This document shows positions 61,101 to 64,000 of a DNA stretch of 64,000 bases, in pieces. A model generated the notes under the pieces. The model was not told the origin of the DNA. It saw only the letters and a program-made list of their open reading frames with translations, and did no database searches. Source of the stretch: Cycas panzhihuaensis (taxonomy: Eukaryota > Plantae > Cycadophyta); contig CM041465.1 in assembly GCA_023213395.1 (NCBI GenBank), positions 128,037,741 to 128,101,740 of the forward strand, in the 5' to 3' direction. Position 1 is the first letter of the stretch. Every line of letters starts with the position of its first letter. The position numbers and the translations under genes were made by a program.

Positions 61101-64000
61101 AAATAATCCACTTCCACATCCTTAGTGCCTTTCAACTTTGATATTTCCTTGCCATCCCTATTAACTAGGACCCTTATTTGGTTGTGGGTCTTATGTTTTA
61201 GTGTGGTCATTTAGAAAATTTTCATATTCCTGTCCCTCTCGACCAACCACAGGGCCCTAGATTTTTGCTTTTAATGGATTTACTCATTTACCAATACTTC
61301 CTCCATCTTAGAGAGCAAACTTCTCTCACTTTGGACTAAGGAATGAGACGTCCCTTCCTCCTGGATTTTCATCTCTAGATCCTTGAGTTTCCCTATGATC
61401 TGGGTCTTTATTTTTAAAATATTCCTATTGAATCTCTTATTCCAATCTTTAACCTTACATTTCACCCAATTCAACTTTTTAGAGAATCTTAGCATCCTGC
61501 ATCCATTAATTAGGACCATCCATTAATCTTTTATCAACTCACAGAGGCTTAGATCCTTTGTCCACATAAGGTCAAAGTAGAAAGGGGCTCATATATATCT
61601 TTTATTATTAACAAACCCTAACATTAATGGGGAGTGATTTAAGACTAACTTTGGCATGGATTCTAAGGTAATATTACTATACTAGCTAGCCCAAGCATAA
61701 TTTATTAGAACTTTATCAAGTTTAACCTAGATATGATGAGCTTCCAACCTTTTATTAGATTAGGTAAACTTTGGAGCCCTAAGGAAGACGTCCATCACAG
61801 CCCCCTTCTACACAAATTCCCTTAGGTCCTCCATGCTCTTTGTCTAGCCTCCTTGACCACCTCCTTTTTCATCAGGGGACAAGGACATATTGAAGTCTCC
61901 AACTATCAGCCAAGGTCCCCTCCATTGTTTATGGGATTCCAACATGTTGTCCCATAAACATTTCCTTCCTTCCCATATAATAGGAGTATACACATTCGAG
62001 ACTAACCATTTAAGATTCAATGTCCTATAAGTCATCCAATAGGATATAAAGTGATATTCAGATAGACATACTTCTCCCTCCCATCCTCTAAGGTTCCACA
62101 GAATTGCCAAGCTACTTGAGCCCTTCTACCCATCCATATTAATCATATCAGCTCCTCTCTAGACTTTGTTCTTAATATTATCTCTATTAGCTACTTCTAA
62201 TTTAGTTTCTTGGAGTAACAGGATATACAGATCTAGTTTAGCTCAAAAACCTCTAACCATTCTATATTTAAATGCGGTATTTATATCCCAAATATTCTAG
62301 GAGGTAAGTTTTATAATTACACTACCTCCTTCTCCCTCAGGTCTCTTTATCTTTTATTTCTTAACCTAGGGCTAAGCCCTCCTCCATCCCTTAAAGTTCT
62401 ATGACTACCTTGGTCTATATGTGAGGCTGCCTCCCTTCTGCACAACAACCTTAGAAGGGGCCTACCAACCCTCCTTTCAATCCCAAAATCTGAGCCTTTG
62501 GCATATTCTAGGTACTTAGATTCCTCTTAGTTCCCTTTGTCTCTAATTTTCCAAACCCTCTCAAGTCTACCTTGCTCCTCCCATCTATCTATAGAGGTTG
62601 GATCTTTATTTTGGGGAGTGGCCTTCTCCTCTATTTGGGTCTCCTTATCCTTCTTGGCAAGTTTAATCTCTTCCATTTGAGTATAATGATGGGTTGGAAT
62701 AGGACTCATCCTATCCCTTTCCCTCCCTTCTTCCTCCCCCTCTTTGAGGGTATCCTCCTCATCTAAGTCAAGCTCCTTTTTAGCATCTATTTAATCTTCT
62801 TTTATCCTCTTCCTCTCATCAGGATCTCGTAGATGGCCATCTTACTTATCAATGTTCTCACCCAAATCACCCTCATGAGCCGCCTTAGACTCCTTCTTTG
62901 ATTCTCCAGGTTAGTTTTGAGAGAGGTGACCTAGACACTTACAAGTTATATATATAATATTTTCAAGTTCATACATCAAATTTTAGACTCTGCTTCATTC
63001 TTCTCCCTCAATTTTCATTTGGTTGGGGAGAGGTCTATCTAATCTGGCCTAAGTACAAAATCTTGCATTCACTAGCCTGTTCTTGTTCTTAGTGATTGAA
63101 TCCACTATTAGAAGAGGATCAATAACCTTGACTATCCTTTTTATGGCATCCAAGTCCTAAGCTTATAATGACAAGCCAAGGAGTTAAACCCAAAGAGGGA
63201 TTTGCTTAATATATCCCTCAGCCAGATCGAAATCTAAATGTTATTTCTTTATGAGGGCTGCTTTCCTCCCTATCATCTAGGGCGATTTGAATAGGATGCT
63301 TATCATGTCTTCTTTATACATGAATTTAAAAAGTATGAATCCCTTTAGGAGTGCTATGACCTCCATCATCCCTTTGAGTTTCTATCTTTGGCCCACATAT
63401 TTCCTGATAGGGTCCACTCCAGGTCTGGATCCTAAGAAGCACCCTACTAAGCAATTCTCCTAGTACCTCTCCATGTGATCAGACAATATCTTTGGGATAG
63501 TTATTCTGATCATATCCTCATTCATATTGGGGTTTATGTCAAAGGATTCTCCTTCTTTTCCATTTTTCAAGGCATCTAGATATAATTTTTCTTTGTTTAG
63601 ATTATGGATCTAGTTAGGGTTTTGAGTTTGTTTGTGATACTAGTCCTAACTAGATTCTTGACTATTATCCATATTTGAAAAGCCTAAAATTTCCTCCATT
63701 ATAAAAATACTTTAGGTAATAAATTTAACATACTACTAAGGTCAAAATAAAATTCCTCACTAAACAAAGCATGAAAACCTCCTCTTTTCTCCATACACCT
63801 CTAGGAGACATGATTCCTCAAGCTTCCTTCTAAAAAGACTTCTTGGCGGTGTGCCTCATAGATTCCGCTCATAAGTAAGCATTCAATAGGGCCTGCTTCT
63901 CATTACCCTACCATAGGGATGCCTACTTCCTCACACCCATCATAAAGCTTTCCTCAACTTCAAGGCTAGCACAAGGACCATCCGGTGACCTAGGACAGTG
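58189..64000 (-). mobile_element. Duplicate of the L1 at 7745-14066 (equivalent to ~8012-13823), lacking the 3' end and poly(A)
   Basis: Collinear at an offset of ~50.18 kb, ~95% identity, and shares the same premature stops and deletions. Confidence 0.95.

Overview
This window looks like eukaryotic (plant) intergenic or heterochromatic DNA, made almost entirely of nested, mostly dead retrotransposons. Strong CpG/CHG decay and the element types suggest a large-genome gymnosperm (inference). Contents: (1) a fairly young RNase H-bearing L1 LINE (<1-4724, +); (2) a full-length second L1 with poly(A) and a 16-bp TSD (7745-14066, -), and a ~95% identical DNA-level duplicate of it at 58189->64000; (3) an older tandem segmental duplication (A ~4725-19400, B ~27340-38447, ~85-88% identity by spot count) built from a decayed LINE, a chromoviral Ty3/gypsy, a copia remnant and a small non-autonomous LTR element; (4) a Ty1/copia (38448-47263) carrying a complete nested Tnt1/Tork-like copia (41136-46483); (5) an internally deleted Tat-type Ty3/gypsy (47264-58187) with a stand-alone archaeal-type RNase H ORF downstream of integrase. 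I recognise no host gene, rRNA, tRNA or CRISPR array. The unexplained parts are a CpG-retaining island with an orphan, partly decayed minus-strand reading frame (~20450-22200) and a tandem array of palindromic 26/27-bp units (26669-26880). Boundaries of old remnants are approximate, and identities are by-eye estimates from short stretches.
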